From positions 1 to 55,526 of the forward strand of contig JBHPFQ010000001.1 in assembly GCA_042571625.1 (NCBI GenBank): a stretch of DNA of 55,526 nt. The letters are read 5' to 3'. The first letter of the stretch is position 1. Every line of letters begins with the position of its first letter. Of this stretch, positions 1 through 9,674 are shown piece by piece. This DNA comes from Patescibacteria group bacterium (lineage in GTDB: Bacteria; Patescibacteriota; Minisyncoccia; Portnoybacterales; UBA2143). Made by a program: the position numbers and the translations under genes. Under the pieces are notes generated by a model. The model was given only the letters and a program-made list of their open reading frames with translations, did no database searches and was not told the origin of the DNA.

Positions 1-198
1 CATTTCTCAATAACCGCAGGTTTCATCACATCAGGACAGCTTTGATATAAGGATTCTGCTTCTTGAGGAGTGGTTAGAATAGGGATGGCAAGTTCATTCC
101 ATTTCTCAATAACCGCAGGTTTCATCACATCAGGACAGCTTTGATATAAGGATTCTGCTTCTTGAGGAGTGGTTAGAAGAGAGATGGTTTTTGAGGGA
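1..198. repeat. tandem direct repeat, period 99 bp, two copies (first 79 nt of each copy identical)
   Basis: Positions 1-79 are identical to 100-178 (catttctcaataaccgcaggtttcatcac...tggttagaa). The copy tails diverge. May extend beyond the window edge. Confidence 0.9.
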
Positions 199-263
199 TC
201 TAAAACAAAATTTACCTCGTTTTCTGTAATTCCCAATACTTTTGATATTTTTTTTGCGTCCAT
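1..263 (-). CDS. hypothetical protein, N-terminal part only (runs off left edge); contains in-frame 33-aa tandem duplication
   Basis: ATG at 261-263 (minus) with GGAGGTA 7 nt upstream (plus 271-277 tacctcc). Frame is open to position 1. Hand translation: MDAKKISKVLGITENEVNFVLDPSKTISLLTTPQEAESLYQSCPDVMKPAVIEKWNELAIPILTTPQEAESLYQ... Absent from the ORF track because it is truncated. Confidence 0.5.
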   Translation of the reverse strand, partial: MDAKKISKVLGITENEVNFVLDPSKTISLLTTPQEAESLYQSCPDVMKPAVIEKWNELAIPILTTPQEAESLYQSCPDVMKPAVIEK

Positions 264-322
264 AACAATCTACCTCCTTTTTTTATTAGATATGTTTAAC
301 GATAATTTTTAAAACAACTAAA

Positions 323-352
323 GACAGAATAACATTATAATATTATTCTGTC
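323..352 (-). terminator. hairpin followed by T-rich tract on minus strand (terminator or attenuator)
   Basis: gacagaataa (323-332) pairs with ttattctgtc (343-352). The minus-sense sequence continues tttagttgtttt. Confidence 0.45.
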
Positions 353-464
353 AATGTCGAGCTCCGCGAATTGCACGATGTTAGAACCACTATTCTTTCT
401 ACTATTGGAGCTCCGAAGCTTTAGCGAAGGACTCCCCCCAGTCCGCACACTATTGTTTTTTAAA
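353..464 (-). ncRNA. GC-rich structured element; candidate small RNA or 5' leader of the left-edge gene; class unknown
   Basis: About 100 nt of GC-rich sequence in an AT-rich background, lying between the coaD terminator (465-502) and hairpin 323-352. It contains local stems (GGACT-GGGGGG-AGTCC) and two copies of the GGAGCTC palindromic motif. No cloverleaf and no SRP domain IV motif found. Confidence 0.3.
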
Positions 465-502
465 TATAAAAAAACGAGAAGCATTCAATCTGCTTCTCGT
501 TT
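465..502 (-). terminator. rho-independent terminator after coaD
   Basis: aaacgagaagc (472-482) pairs with gcttctcgttt (492-502). A run of T follows on the minus strand (plus-strand A run 465-471). Confidence 0.7.
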
Positions 503-519
503 GTGACAATCTCTTTATT

Positions 520-996
520 TTAATCCAATAATGTAATAACTTCTGCTGGCAAGTATTTATCCAACTTATTGGATTTAAAAGCGATTAGTTCTCGTACTGC
601 CGAAGAACTAATATGCACATGCTTTTGCATAGGAGGGATTAATATAGTAGTAACCATTTCATCCAATTGATAATTGTTAAAACTTATATTCAATTCCGAT
701 TCATACTCTGTTGTTAATCTTAACCCCCTAATCAACACTACTGCTTTTTCTTGAACAACAAACTCAACAGCTAGTCCGTAAAAAGATTTTACCAACACAT
801 TCGTTATGCCATTCTTTTCTAAAACAAGCTCAATCATTTCTTTCCTTTTAGATTCAGAAAACATCGGTTTTTTCTTTAAATTCACCAATAACCCTACGAC
901 CACTTCATCAAAAATCAGTGAACTTGCTTTTATTATATCCAAATGCCCTAAGGTTATTGGATCAAAAGTGCCTGGATATACTGCTCTTTTTATCAT
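520..996 (-). CDS. coaD: phosphopantetheine adenylyltransferase
   Basis: 158 aa. N-terminus AVYPGTFDPITLGHLDII is the nucleotidyltransferase H/TxGH signature typical of CoaD. Length fits. Confidence 0.9.
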   Translation of the reverse strand: MIKRAVYPGTFDPITLGHLDIIKASSLIFDEVVVGLLVNLKKKPMFSESKRKEMIELVLEKNGITNVLVKSFYGLAVEFVVQEKAVVLIRGLRLTTEYESELNISFNNYQLDEMVTTILIPPMQKHVHISSSAVRELIAFKSNKLDKYLPAEVITLLD

Positions 997-1591
997 TTAG
1001 AACCCCTCCTTTTAAAAAGCAATATAATTGATTTACTTTCACTTCTAATTGCTGAAACGAACATTCTGTATCTATAATAATATCTGCTCTTTTTCTTTTT
1101 TCTTCTATCGGCATTTGTTTTGCTATTCTGCTTTCTATTTCTTTCTTTTTCAATCCTTTTTCATAAAGACGTTTATATTGTTGCTCATGGCTACACTCTA
1201 CTACAATAATTTTATCAAACAATTTATCCCAATTGATTTCAAATAAAATAGCAGATTCCACAATACCAAAAGTCCTATTTCCTTTCTTTTTCACATCTTC
1301 ACAAATAAATTCCCATACTAAAGGATGTATAAAATTCTGCAATTCCTTTAGTTTTTGATCGTCCTTAAAAACAATTTTATCAATCTTTTGAAAATCAATT
1401 TTATTGTCGGAAAAAACATCCTTCTCCACAATTTTTAATAAACTATCCGCGTACTTATCTTCAAGTAATTTTTTAGCTATTTTATCGGTATCAAAAACAA
1501 CTACATCAATAAATCTTGCAAAGATATTTAAAACAGTACTTTTACCACATCCTATATTTCCTGTTAATCCATATACTGGCAATTTCAACAT
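962..1591 (-). CDS. coaE: dephospho-CoA kinase
   Basis: 209 aa. P-loop YGLTGNIGCGKST at the N-terminus. Adjacent to and overlapping coaD by 35 nt. Confidence 0.85.
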   Translation of the reverse strand: MLKLPVYGLTGNIGCGKSTVLNIFARFIDVVVFDTDKIAKKLLEDKYADSLLKIVEKDVFSDNKIDFQKIDKIVFKDDQKLKELQNFIHPLVWEFICEDVKKKGNRTFGIVESAILFEINWDKLFDKIIVVECSHEQQYKRLYEKGLKKKEIESRIAKQMPIEEKRKRADIIIDTECSFQQLEVKVNQLYCFLKGGVLNDKKSSISRHF

Positions 1592-1595
1592 TTTA

Positions 1596-2234
1596 TCACC
1601 TCCTCTTTCTTTTTGTAAGACATTGGATTGAATTTATAATATTTTTACGAGCTTGTTTTTCATACTTATTTTGAAAAAATTGAGTTAAATAAATAACTGG
1701 CCGCCTAAGAAAATACTCTAAAACAGCTAATCTTCCTTCGACAAAATCATCTTCAGAAACAAATTGATACTCTTTGCGAATTTGCTGTTCATATTCATCA
1801 AACTTTCTTTTTGACTGTCCTAAAATAGCAAGATCCACATCAGCAACTATCCGCATATCAAAATCAATAGGAAATTCAGTATGTTTAGTTACCATAATTA
1901 AATTCACAACTAACTGTTTTGTATCTTCAGATAATGAATCCTTTAGCATTTCTTTCATCGAAAGATCAGCACTTCTTTTCTCATTATCTTTTGCTTTAGG
2001 ATCATAAATTACATCATGATACCAAAGAGCCCATTCTACCTCATTTGGATTTTGAACAAAATATCTAACTTGATTAAATTCCTCAATGCAAGCATCAATA
2101 TGATTGAGTGTATGATATGAACGATGTGGCTCAGAATACTTTGATACAAGAGTATTATATGCTTTTTCCATATTCCCTTTTGCTCCAATATTCTTCCATA
2201 ACAAAGCCCATAAATCTTTCCTTTTCGTACTCAT
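1596..2234 (-). CDS. HD-domain-like metal-dependent phosphohydrolase (COG4339-like)
   Basis: 212 aa. Motifs HRSYHTLNHI and WYHDVIYD resemble predicted HD phosphohydrolases. Confidence 0.55.
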   Translation of the reverse strand: MSTKRKDLWALLWKNIGAKGNMEKAYNTLVSKYSEPHRSYHTLNHIDACIEEFNQVRYFVQNPNEVEWALWYHDVIYDPKAKDNEKRSADLSMKEMLKDSLSEDTKQLVVNLIMVTKHTEFPIDFDMRIVADVDLAILGQSKRKFDEYEQQIRKEYQFVSEDDFVEGRLAVLEYFLRRPVIYLTQFFQNKYEKQARKNIINSIQCLTKRKRR

Positions 2235-2297
2235 AATTCCTCCTTTTTTATTGAAAGATTAAAAATCATTAAATTGTCAAAAAACACTTTTACATAC

Positions 2298-2324
2298 AAA
2301 AAGAATGGCATTCTTTTACCATTC
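2298..2324 (-). terminator. terminator hairpin after tRNA-Asn
   Basis: gaatgg (2303-2308) pairs with ccattc (2319-2324). A T run follows on the minus strand. Confidence 0.5.
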
Positions 2325-2335
2325 TGTCAAGCGAG

Positions 2336-2407
2336 CTCCGCGGGTAGGATTCGAACCTACGACCAAGTGCTTAACAGGCACCTGCGCTACCGCTGCGCCA
2401 CCGCGGA
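2336..2407 (-). tRNA. tRNA-Asn (anticodon GTT), CCA not encoded
   Basis: Minus-sense TCCGCGGTGGCGCAGCGGTAGCGCAGGTGCCTGTTAAGCACTTGGTCGTAGGTTCGAATCCTACCCGCGGAG. Acceptor is 7 bp, anticodon loop is CTGTTAA, T loop is GGTTCGAATCC. Confidence 0.9.
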
Positions 2408-2523
2408 ATATTTTCATTATAATTCAAGCAATAAAATTAGTAAATAGATATATTTTAAATACTATGATATAATAAAATTATATAAGTTGTAAAATTGAAA
2501 TAATAAATTTAATTTAACTTAAT

Positions 2524-2802
2524 ATGAACAAAAAAACCGAAAGATGGGAAATTTTAATGCGAATCATTATCACAATAGTAACAGGATTTATCTTAAATCT
2601 ATGGAAAATACTCATAACAGTATTAATATTCATCAACCTTCTTATTACTCTTTTTACTAATAAAAGAAATAAAGAAATTGCAGAATTTTGTGAAACTTGG
2701 AACACTCAACTTTATATATTCTTAAGATATATAACATTCGTAAGCAATGAACGACCATTTCCATTCAACAAAATAAATAAAAATATTTCTAACTTTGAAT
2801 AA
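2524..2802 (+). CDS. small two-TM membrane protein (DUF4389-like, tentative)
   Basis: 92 aa with two hydrophobic segments. The C-terminal YITFVSNERPFPF resembles the DUF4389 C-terminal motif. Confidence 0.4.
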   Translation: MNKKTERWEILMRIIITIVTGFILNLWKILITVLIFINLLITLFTNKRNKEIAEFCETWNTQLYIFLRYITFVSNERPFPFNKINKNISNFE

Positions 2803-2810
2803 TAGTAAAA

Positions 2811-4604
2811 TTACTTATTGCTCCTACTCGCCCTTGTCCTTTCTAATTCAGTTAGAAATTGTTTTCTTAAGCGAATATTCTTCGGGGTAATTTCCAAATA
2901 TTCATCATCACTCATAATGCTCATGCCTCTTTCAAGAGTCATTTTTATTGGTGGAGTTAAATTAATCGCATCATCAGATCCAGAAGCACGCATATTTGTT
3001 AATTGCTTCCCTTTCGTAGGATTTACTGTTAAATCATGTCCCTTTGAAGCATTACCAATAACCATCCCCTCATATACTTCTGTATTAGCTCCAATATACA
3101 AAGCACCTCTACTCTGAAGATTAGAAAGTGAAAAACCAAGAGCCTTCCCTCTGGCCATTGAGACCATAGACCCAACATTATTTTTCTCAATATTTCCGAC
3201 ATAAGGCCTAAATTCAATAACGCGAGTATAAATCACTCCTTCGCCCTTTGCATCAATCACAAATTCATTTCTGTATCCTAACAATCCTCTTGTTGGGATT
3301 TCAAAGATAATCTTAACATTCCCATGGTCGGGAATCATCTCCATCATATTACCACGCCGTTTAGAAAGTTTTTTAATAATAGTCCCAGACACTTTTTCTG
3401 GTGCGATTATAGTTACCTCCTCAAAAGGTTCAAGCTTAACGCCATCTTGCTCTTTGATTATTACATGTGGTTGAGATATTTGCATTTCATATCCTTCTCG
3501 TCTCATATTTTCAAGTAAAATTGCAATATGCATTTCTCCCCTTCCATATATTTTATAATGATCAGAAGCAGAAAAATCAATTTTTAAACCAACATTAACC
3601 TCTAATTCTTTTTCCAATCTCTCTTTAAGCTGTCTATTCGTAACATATTTCCCTTCTTTCCCAGCAAAAGGAGAATTATTAATAAGTAAATTTAATGAGA
3701 TTGTAGGCTCGTCAATATTAATAGCAGGTAACGCCTCTTGTTCTGCGTCTATACAAATAGTTTCTCCAATAAATATATCAGGAAGCCCAGCAATCATAAC
3801 AATGTCTCCCGCTTCTGCTTGTTCTACTTCTTTTCTTTTCAATCCCTCAAAAGTGAATAATTTAGTTATCTTACCTTCGCGAATATCACCTTTTGAATCC
3901 TTAATAATAACTTTTGAATTATCTTTTATTTCTCCTTCATAAATCCTCCCAATTGCAAGTCTTCCTAAAAAATTGTCATAAGCAAGATTAAATGGTTGCA
4001 TTCTTAATAATTTATTCCTTGCTTCTTCACTTGAAGAAACCTTAACTTCTTTTAAAATTACATCTAATAAAGGAATTAAATCATTAGAATCGTCATCTAA
4101 ATCTGTTTTGGCGATCCCCTCTCTAGCGACAGTATAAATAGTTGTAAATTCAAGCTGATCATCATTAGCCCCTAAATCAAGGAAAAGTTCATAAACCATT
4201 TCTTTTGCAATATCAGGTCTTGCGGCTGGCTTATCTATTTTATTTAATACTACGATCGGTTTTAATCCTAAATCAAGAGACTTTTTTAAAACAAATTTTG
4301 TTTGTGGCATTGGCCCTTCCTGAGCATCAACTACCAAAAGAACAGAATCAATGGAACGCAAAACACGCTCAACTTCAGAACCGAAATCAGCGTGTCCAGG
4401 CGTATCCACTATGTTTATTTTTGTGCCCTTGTAATAAACAGAAGTATTTTTTGAATAAATTGTTATACCTCTTTCTTGCTCAAGAGTATCGCTATCCATA
4501 CTGTCTCCAGCTTCAGACATACCTGTTTGACGCATCAACATATCAGTCAAAGCTGTTTTGCCATGATCTACATGGGCGATAATTGCTATATTACGTATTT
4601 CCAT
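2811..4604 (-). CDS. typA: translational GTPase TypA/BipA
   Basis: 597 aa. [25 protein letters not shown] and NKID G-motifs, with BipA-like domain order and length. Confidence 0.95.
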   Translation of the reverse strand: MEIRNIAIIAHVDHGKTALTDMLMRQTGMSEAGDSMDSDTLEQERGITIYSKNTSVYYKGTKINIVDTPGHADFGSEVERVLRSIDSVLLVVDAQEGPMPQTKFVLKKSLDLGLKPIVVLNKIDKPAARPDIAKEMVYELFLDLGANDDQLEFTTIYTVAREGIAKTDLDDDSNDLIPLLDVILKEVKVSSSEEARNKLLRMQPFNLAYDNFLGRLAIGRIYEGEIKDNSKVIIKDSKGDIREGKITKLFTFEGLKRKEVEQAEAGDIVMIAGLPDIFIGETICIDAEQEALPAINIDEPTISLNLLINNSPFAGKEGKYVTNRQLKERLEKELEVNVGLKIDFSASDHYKIYGRGEMHIAILLENMRREGYEMQISQPHVIIKEQDGVKLEPFEEVTIIAPEKVSGTIIKKLSKRRGNMMEMIPDHGNVKIIFEIPTRGLLGYRNEFVIDAKGEGVIYTRVIEFRPYVGNIEKNNVGSMVSMARGKALGFSLSNLQSRGALYIGANTEVYEGMVIGNASKGHDLTVNPTKGKQLTNMRASGSDDAINLTPPIKMTLERGMSIMSDDEYLEITPKNIRLRKQFLTELERTRASRSNK

Positions 4605-4641
4605 TATGCCTATTTATACTATAAATCTTAAAAAAAATCAA

Positions 4642-4675
4642 CAAAAAAACCTTCGACATATTCGAAGGTCTTTTT
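4642..4675. terminator. bidirectional terminator hairpin
   Basis: accttcga (4649-4656) pairs with tcgaaggt (4662-4669). Flanked by an A run on one side and a T run on the other. Confidence 0.6.
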
Positions 4676-4685
4676 GCGTTCAGAC

Positions 4686-4886
4686 TTATCGTCCGAATCT
4701 CTGGCCTCTTTGATCTCTGCGCTTTGACCAACAATCTCTACAATAAATTGGTCTATCTTGCGCTGGTTCAAACGGAAGTTCCGTTATTTCTTTACCGCAA
4801 TCACTGCAAGTCCAGCTTCCTTTGACCATCTCACGAGGAGGAAAATCTCTTCGAGGACGATCGTTATTGTCTCTGTTATAATCCAT
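4686..4886 (-). CDS. CxxC-x17-CxxC zinc-ribbon domain protein
   Basis: 66 aa. CSDCGKEITELPFEPAQDRPIYCRDC has exactly the CxxC-x17-CxxC spacing. Termini are basic. Confidence 0.7.
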   Translation of the reverse strand: MDYNRDNNDRPRRDFPPREMVKGSWTCSDCGKEITELPFEPAQDRPIYCRDCWSKRRDQRGQRFGR

Positions 4887-5065
4887 ATAATGATAGTTTA
4901 ATAAATTTAAGCGACCTTTACGACTTATAAGTCGCTCTATTGTCTAAATACAAGGACTTAACTGTCTACAAATATTATAAACATACTATCTTTAATAAGT
5001 CAATAGCAAAAGAAAAAAGCCCTGATGTTTTTTAACATCAGGGCTTTATATTTGTTTTACCATTA

Positions 5066-5353
5066 TTACACTCTCCATTTTTCTTCTACCTTGAACTTAG
5101 TTAATCTCTCCGAATCCCGAATTTCCTTCTCGCATTCATTGCTAAGATAATATAACAAGAAGGGTTGAATTTCAATCTTTTTCTGTTGAAAATCTATTTT
5201 CAACAGAAAACAATGGTAATGGTAATCCTTATCATCAAAATAAAAACTCACTCGTTCTGCGCCATCCATTGCTACTCCTCTTATTTCCCCTTTTATCAAT
5301 AAGTAATGTCTTAGTATCTCAAATATTAAAGAAATTATAATTTTCCTGTTCAT
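5066..5353 (-). CDS. hypothetical protein
   Basis: 95-aa ORF between a terminator hairpin (about 5026-5052) and the GT4 gene. No recognisable motif. Confidence 0.35.
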   Translation of the reverse strand: MNRKIIISLIFEILRHYLLIKGEIRGVAMDGAERVSFYFDDKDYHYHCFLLKIDFQQKKIEIQPFLLYYLSNECEKEIRDSERLTKFKVEEKWRV

Positions 5354-5393
5354 TTTAATTCCCCCCTTATTTTATAGAATTGTTAAAAAACAA

Positions 5394-6503
5394 TTATATG
5401 CCCAGTAGAACATTTAATGTTTTACTAGCGCATTTTTTAAAGGAAAACCGAAGAACTCTCTTCAATCCCTTCTTAGATATTCTACTCCTTAATTGAATAT
5501 TTGTCAAGCCCTTATAAATTACTTTATAAATTTCATCTATGTTTCTAGAATCTTGGACATATAGAACTGAATCTCCCGCTACTTCAGGAATAGATGTATT
5601 AGGACTCGTAATTACAAGGGTTCCAAATGACATCGCTTCCAAAATAGGCAGCCCAAAACCTTCATAATCCGACAACCATATCAATGCATCAGCTGAATTA
5701 TACAATAAAGATAATTTCTTATCTGAGATAAAATCTTTTCTTAAAATCGCTTTTCGTCCCAAGCGAGTGTTTATTACTTTTGATAGCTCATCTATGTCAA
5801 TAAAAGGTGAAGTAATATTTTTACCGATAACTAAAAATTGATAATCAGATAATTTTTTAGCTATTCTTTCAAAAGCAAGCATTACCTCTGGAAGATGTCT
5901 ACGATTAGAGATTGCTCCAACAAATAAAATAAATTTATTTTTAACTTTTTGAGAATTAAAAGAAGAAATTGATTTATCTACGCCAAGATAATTAACTATA
6001 ATCTTCTCTAGATTTATTTTGTAATATTTTACAATCTCTTTTTTACTATATTCAGAACAAGCTATTATTTTATTTGCTCTTTTAGCTGAAATTTTAGAGA
6101 ACTTTCTTAGTAAAATTCTGTCAAAAATACTTGGCCAATTATATAAATCAGGACGCGCCTCATAAATAATATCATGCAAAACAATCACTGTTTTTTTAAA
6201 ATAGAAAATTGGAGATACGTACGCTGGACAAAATAGAACATCAATCTTATCTCTATACGCTGCTATCGGCAAAAGAATATGCATAAAAAGAGCATTACTC
6301 AAACCACCAAAAGATAAAACTTTTTTTTGGAATATAGCACTATCTAAACTCAAATCATCTGGAATTTCTTTTCTAAAGTATAAAACAAATTCTACATCTT
6401 TTGGCAATTCCAATTGATCCCATTCCTTTAACAGATTGATCAAATATCTGCCAACTCCTGTTCGCCTACCTTCTATGTTTTTTGCGTCAATGCCAATTTT
6501 CAT
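5394..6503 (-). CDS. glycosyltransferase family 4 (Glycos_transf_1 type)
   Basis: 369 aa. The C-terminal EGFGLPILEAMSFGTLVITS motif is typical of GT4/GT-B enzymes. Confidence 0.85.
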   Translation of the reverse strand: MKIGIDAKNIEGRRTGVGRYLINLLKEWDQLELPKDVEFVLYFRKEIPDDLSLDSAIFQKKVLSFGGLSNALFMHILLPIAAYRDKIDVLFCPAYVSPIFYFKKTVIVLHDIIYEARPDLYNWPSIFDRILLRKFSKISAKRANKIIACSEYSKKEIVKYYKINLEKIIVNYLGVDKSISSFNSQKVKNKFILFVGAISNRRHLPEVMLAFERIAKKLSDYQFLVIGKNITSPFIDIDELSKVINTRLGRKAILRKDFISDKKLSLLYNSADALIWLSDYEGFGLPILEAMSFGTLVITSPNTSIPEVAGDSVLYVQDSRNIDEIYKVIYKGLTNIQLRSRISKKGLKRVLRFSFKKCASKTLNVLLGI

Positions 6504-7428
6504 ATTTTCCCGTCTTTCTTAAATAAAAATCTTCAAGCCCTTGCAAAACCGATTTCGCCCATTCTCTTTTTTTGGGAATAAAAATAATCTTGAATATCTG
6601 CTTAATAAAAATCCATCCTGTTAATTTAAAAATAAAAATCTTCTCAAAAAAAGAACCATTTTTGCGCGCCATGATTAAAGCATTGCGGGTATGATAATAA
6701 ACATAAGAAGAAGAACCTTCATGCGTCCCAACCGAACACTTATGCCATATTTTTGCGCTCGGAACAAAAGTACACTTATACCCAGCTTTACGCGCGCGCA
6801 AACAATAATCAGCATCCTCATAATATAAAAAATAATCTTCGTCCAAAAAACCGATCTTATCTATTACTTCTTTTTTTATTAAAAAACAACACCCAGTTAT
6901 ATAATCAACTTTTTTTATTTGATTGTATTTTTCGCTATCCGGTTTATTTAAACCAATATGAGTTCCATTTACTTCAAACGGATTTATATTTATTTTACCA
7001 CCGGCAAACCATATAACTTCAGGATTATCATGATAATAAATCTTAGGCCCAAACAATCCGCCGTTTCTATCGCCTTCCGCTTGTTTTATCAATTCACTCA
7101 AAAAATATTTATCAACTTTTGTGTCGTTATTCAAAAGCAAGATATAATCAGCGCCATTTTTTAAAGCATATTTTATGCCTATATTATTTCCTCCGCTAAA
7201 TCCCAAATTAGTTCCAATAGGAAGTAGGGAAATTCTTTTATCAGAGTCTATATCTTGAAGTCTATCCAATGAATTATCAGTTGAGCCATTGTCAACAACA
7301 ACTATCTTATAATTCCAATAGTTATTTTGCTTTAATGATTTTAAACATTCCAAAGTATCTCTCCACCCATTCCAATTAAGAATGATAACAAATACTTTTG
7401 GATGCATATTGCTATTTCTCAATCTCAA
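6487..7428 (-). CDS. glycosyltransferase family 2
   Basis: 313 aa. [29 protein letters not shown] and YYEDADYC are GT2 (GT-A) signatures. Confidence 0.85.
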   Translation of the reverse strand: MRLRNSNMHPKVFVIILNWNGWRDTLECLKSLKQNNYWNYKIVVVDNGSTDNSLDRLQDIDSDKRISLLPIGTNLGFSGGNNIGIKYALKNGADYILLLNNDTKVDKYFLSELIKQAEGDRNGGLFGPKIYYHDNPEVIWFAGGKININPFEVNGTHIGLNKPDSEKYNQIKKVDYITGCCFLIKKEVIDKIGFLDEDYFLYYEDADYCLRARKAGYKCTFVPSAKIWHKCSVGTHEGSSSYVYYHTRNALIMARKNGSFFEKIFIFKLTGWIFIKQIFKIIFIPKKREWAKSVLQGLEDFYLRKTGKYENWH

Positions 7429-8056
7429 TATTTTCTATAATAATATTGTTTATTGGATGATCTCCACGCGATTTATCTACTTCTGTATTTTCAATTTCAG
7501 ACACTACTTCCATTCCCATAATAACTTTTCCAAAAACAGTATGCTTGCCATCAAGCCAAGGCGTTTCGCTAGCAGTCACAATAAAAAATTGACTGCCATT
7601 AGTATCTGGTCCAGAATTAGCCATTGCCAAAGATCCTTTAACAAGCTTGTGTTGGTTTATTTCATCTTCAAAAGAATATCCAGGTCCGCCAGTTCCATCA
7701 TCAGCCCAATTATCATCTTTGCTATTCGGATCTCCTGTCTGGATCATAAAATCTTTAATAACGCGATGAAATTTAATTCCATCATAAAAACCTTGACTAG
7801 ATAATTTTACAAAATTATCAACAGTTTTAGGCGCATCATCTTGAAAAAGTTTTAATTTAATATCTCCAAAATTAGTTTTTATTATTGCGAAAATATCTTC
7901 CGATTTTTCAACATCAACAATTTCATCAATATTCTCAATTATAGGAACATCATTTTTCTGATTTCTTGAATTGAAAAAATAGGCACCTATTATGACAAGC
8001 CCTATAAATGATATTGATAAAAATAAATGATATCCGAAATTGCTATTTATATCCAT
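7412..8056 (-). CDS. peptidyl-prolyl cis-trans isomerase, cyclophilin type, N-terminal membrane anchor
   Basis: 214 aa. [15 protein letters not shown] and [18 protein letters not shown] cyclophilin motifs. N-terminal hydrophobic segment. Confidence 0.9.
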   Translation of the reverse strand: MDINSNFGYHLFLSISFIGLVIIGAYFFNSRNQKNDVPIIENIDEIVDVEKSEDIFAIIKTNFGDIKLKLFQDDAPKTVDNFVKLSSQGFYDGIKFHRVIKDFMIQTGDPNSKDDNWADDGTGGPGYSFEDEINQHKLVKGSLAMANSGPDTNGSQFFIVTASETPWLDGKHTVFGKVIMGMEVVSEIENTEVDKSRGDHPINNIIIENIEIEK

Positions 8057-8069
8057 AATTTTAAATTAA

Positions 8070-8315
8070 TTACATTATCCCCATCATCTTTTGAGCTGCA
8101 GATGATTGAGCTTTTTTTAATGCCTGATTAAGACAATCTTTTAAAACAATCGCTTGCTGTTCCGATGTTAAATCGGAATTCAAAATAATATCTTCAATCA
8201 TAAAATTACCGTTCACAATAACTTTAACTCCATCTTTTTCAGCATCAAATTTTTCTCTAGCTATTTCGCTCTGTAAACTTTTTAATTGAGCTAATTGCTT
8301 AAATTTATCAAACAT
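8070..8315 (-). CDS. ybaB: YbaB/EbfC family nucleoid-associated protein
   Basis: 81 aa. The N-terminal FDKFKQLAQLKSLQSEI... and the size fit the YbaB/EbfC family. dnaX lies upstream on the same strand, the usual neighbour. Confidence 0.75.
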   Translation of the reverse strand: MFDKFKQLAQLKSLQSEIAREKFDAEKDGVKVIVNGNFMIEDIILNSDLTSEQQAIVLKDCLNQALKKAQSSAAQKMMGIM

Positions 8316-8370
8316 AATTTTAAATTAACTCCATTATAGTATCTTTAAATAAATTTTACAAGATATAAAT

Positions 8371-8404
8371 AAGCCACAAATTTGATAAATCAAATTTGTG
8401 GCTT
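8371..8404. terminator. terminator hairpin
   Basis: aagccacaaatttga (8371-8385) pairs with tcaaatttgtggctt (8390-8404). Confidence 0.6.
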
Positions 8405-8416
8405 ATTTCGTACTGC

Positions 8417-8551
8417 TTATTCATAACTATAATCACCGCCATTTTCATTCCTTCTTTCATTTTCGTTTTCGTTTTCTTTCAATTGATCTATCACAGACCA
8501 AACCACTAAAAATAAAGTAACTAAAACTATTATTACTTTTATAATAAACAT
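8417..8551 (-). CDS. small membrane peptide (44 aa), hypothetical
   Basis: Hand translation MFIIKVIIVLVTLFLVVWSVIDQLKENENENERRNENGGDYSYE. RBS GGAGGGGGTGAG lies upstream. Consensus promoter at 8593-8621 and terminator at 8371-8404. Too short for the ORF track. Confidence 0.45.
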   Translation of the reverse strand: MFIIKVIIVLVTLFLVVWSVIDQLKENENENERRNENGGDYSYE

Positions 8552-8592
8552 TTTCTCACCCCCTCCTTATATTAAAAAAGAACCATAATAAC

Positions 8593-8621
8593 AATATAGC
8601 ATATTTTATCTATTTTGTCAA
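8593..8621 (-). promoter_or_regulatory. sigma70-like promoter TTGACA-N17-TATATT
   Basis: Minus-sense ttgacaaaatagataaaatatgctatatt. The -35 is at 8616-8621 and the -10 at 8593-8598. Confidence 0.5.
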
Positions 8622-8667
8622 TAGCTACCTATTGTGAACGATTTTCGAACTGCCAACTGGTTAGATC

Positions 8668-8859
8668 TAGTTAAATATCCTGAATTAATTTTATCACAAA
8701 TAAAACAGTTATTACAACTTATCACATCCTAATGACATTTCGAGTAAGGTTAATTTCAACCCTACCCCTTACTTTTTTTCACAATTTTTTTATCATACTT
8801 CCACTTGTCTGAAATTTTATATAGAGATTAAAAACCAAGTGAAATTAATTGCATATACA
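8668..8859. repeat. direct repeat A1 (core 8759-8859)
   Basis: The 101-nt core matches 10577-10677 with 9 mismatches by hand alignment. The upstream block agttaaatatcctgaatta also matches 10546-10568. A1 carries about 63 nt extra internally. Confidence 0.8.
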
Positions 8860-9008
8860 GATCGTAGATATTTTTATTAAGTTTATAGGATGCATTTAAA
8901 ACCATTGATTAAATAAAAATTAACCAATCTATAACTTAAATTTATACGCATTTTTTGTTTGTTTAATTTGTTTGAGGTGGTAGAATAATAAAATAAAGGA
9001 AAATTATT

Positions 9009-9545
9009 ATGTCAATTGAAATATACGAAAAAGCCGCAAAAAAATTTAAACCAAATAAAATTAAAATTTTGTTTATTGCAGAATCTCCTCCTTTTAAAAA
9101 GGAGGGAGAAGAACTAAGATATTTCTATTTTGAAAATTCAAGAGGTAAAGACTTTCTTTTCGGAAGTATTATGGAGGTTTTATTTCCAAATGAATATGAC
9201 ATTTTCAAAACCAATAAGGACAAAATTTTATTGTTAGATAAATTTAAAGAAAATGGCTTTTTCTTAATTGATGCTTGTGATTATCCTATTAATCAACATA
9301 AGGATAGAGATTTATTTATTAACAATGATTTTCCAAAACTAATACAGAAGATAAAAACTTTAATTGATAATGATACCAAAATAATTCTGATAAAAAAGAA
9401 CATCTTTGAATTATTATTTGATAAACTTAAATCACATGGATTTAATGTAATTAATGATGAACATTTAGATTTTCCTTCTTGTGGAAATCAATTAAAGTTT
9501 AAGAACAAGCTTAATAATCTTCTGGCATGTCAAACTAAACTCTAA
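9009..9545 (+). CDS. hypothetical protein, uracil-DNA-glycosylase-superfamily-like (tentative)
   Basis: 178 aa. Order of motifs: LFIAESPP (resembles the UDG family 4/5 GExPG motif), FFLIDACDYPI, then a late DFPSCGNQ (resembles the HPS motif). AAGGA RBS; extended -10 TGGTAGAAT upstream. Confidence 0.4.
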   Translation: MSIEIYEKAAKKFKPNKIKILFIAESPPFKKEGEELRYFYFENSRGKDFLFGSIMEVLFPNEYDIFKTNKDKILLLDKFKENGFFLIDACDYPINQHKDRDLFINNDFPKLIQKIKTLIDNDTKIILIKKNIFELLFDKLKSHGFNVINDEHLDFPSCGNQLKFKNKLNNLLACQTKL

Positions 9546-9603
9546 AATTTTCCTTCGGAATGTTGCACTAAATTTTAGTCCTACGGGGAATATAACAAAG
9601 ATT

Positions 9604-9656
9604 ATAATGGGTATATTTATATTCCAGATTTAAGTCCACGCTCCTAATTTAAAATA
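9604..9656. repeat. direct repeat B1
   Basis: ataatgggtatatttatattccagatttaagtccacgctcctaatttaa matches 10456-10508 at roughly 80 percent by hand alignment. Confidence 0.5.
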
Positions 9657-9674
9657 ATAAATTATTATTAAGAA

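Noticed and set aside
353-464. The GC-rich element as a tRNA (class II or Sec), SRP RNA or tmRNA
   Set aside because: No complementary acceptor strands or T arm could be drawn. It lacks the SRP domain IV GGAA/AGCAGC motifs. It is too short for tmRNA or RNase P.
345-2342. Integrated element at tRNA-Asn, bounded by the duplicated 3'-end segment (2321-2342 and 345-368)
   Set aside because: The 2-kb interval holds coaD, coaE and an HD hydrolase in tight housekeeping-style arrangement. There is no integrase or excisionase. Local duplication of a tRNA-end plus terminator module is more economical. The observation is kept under the finding at 345-464.
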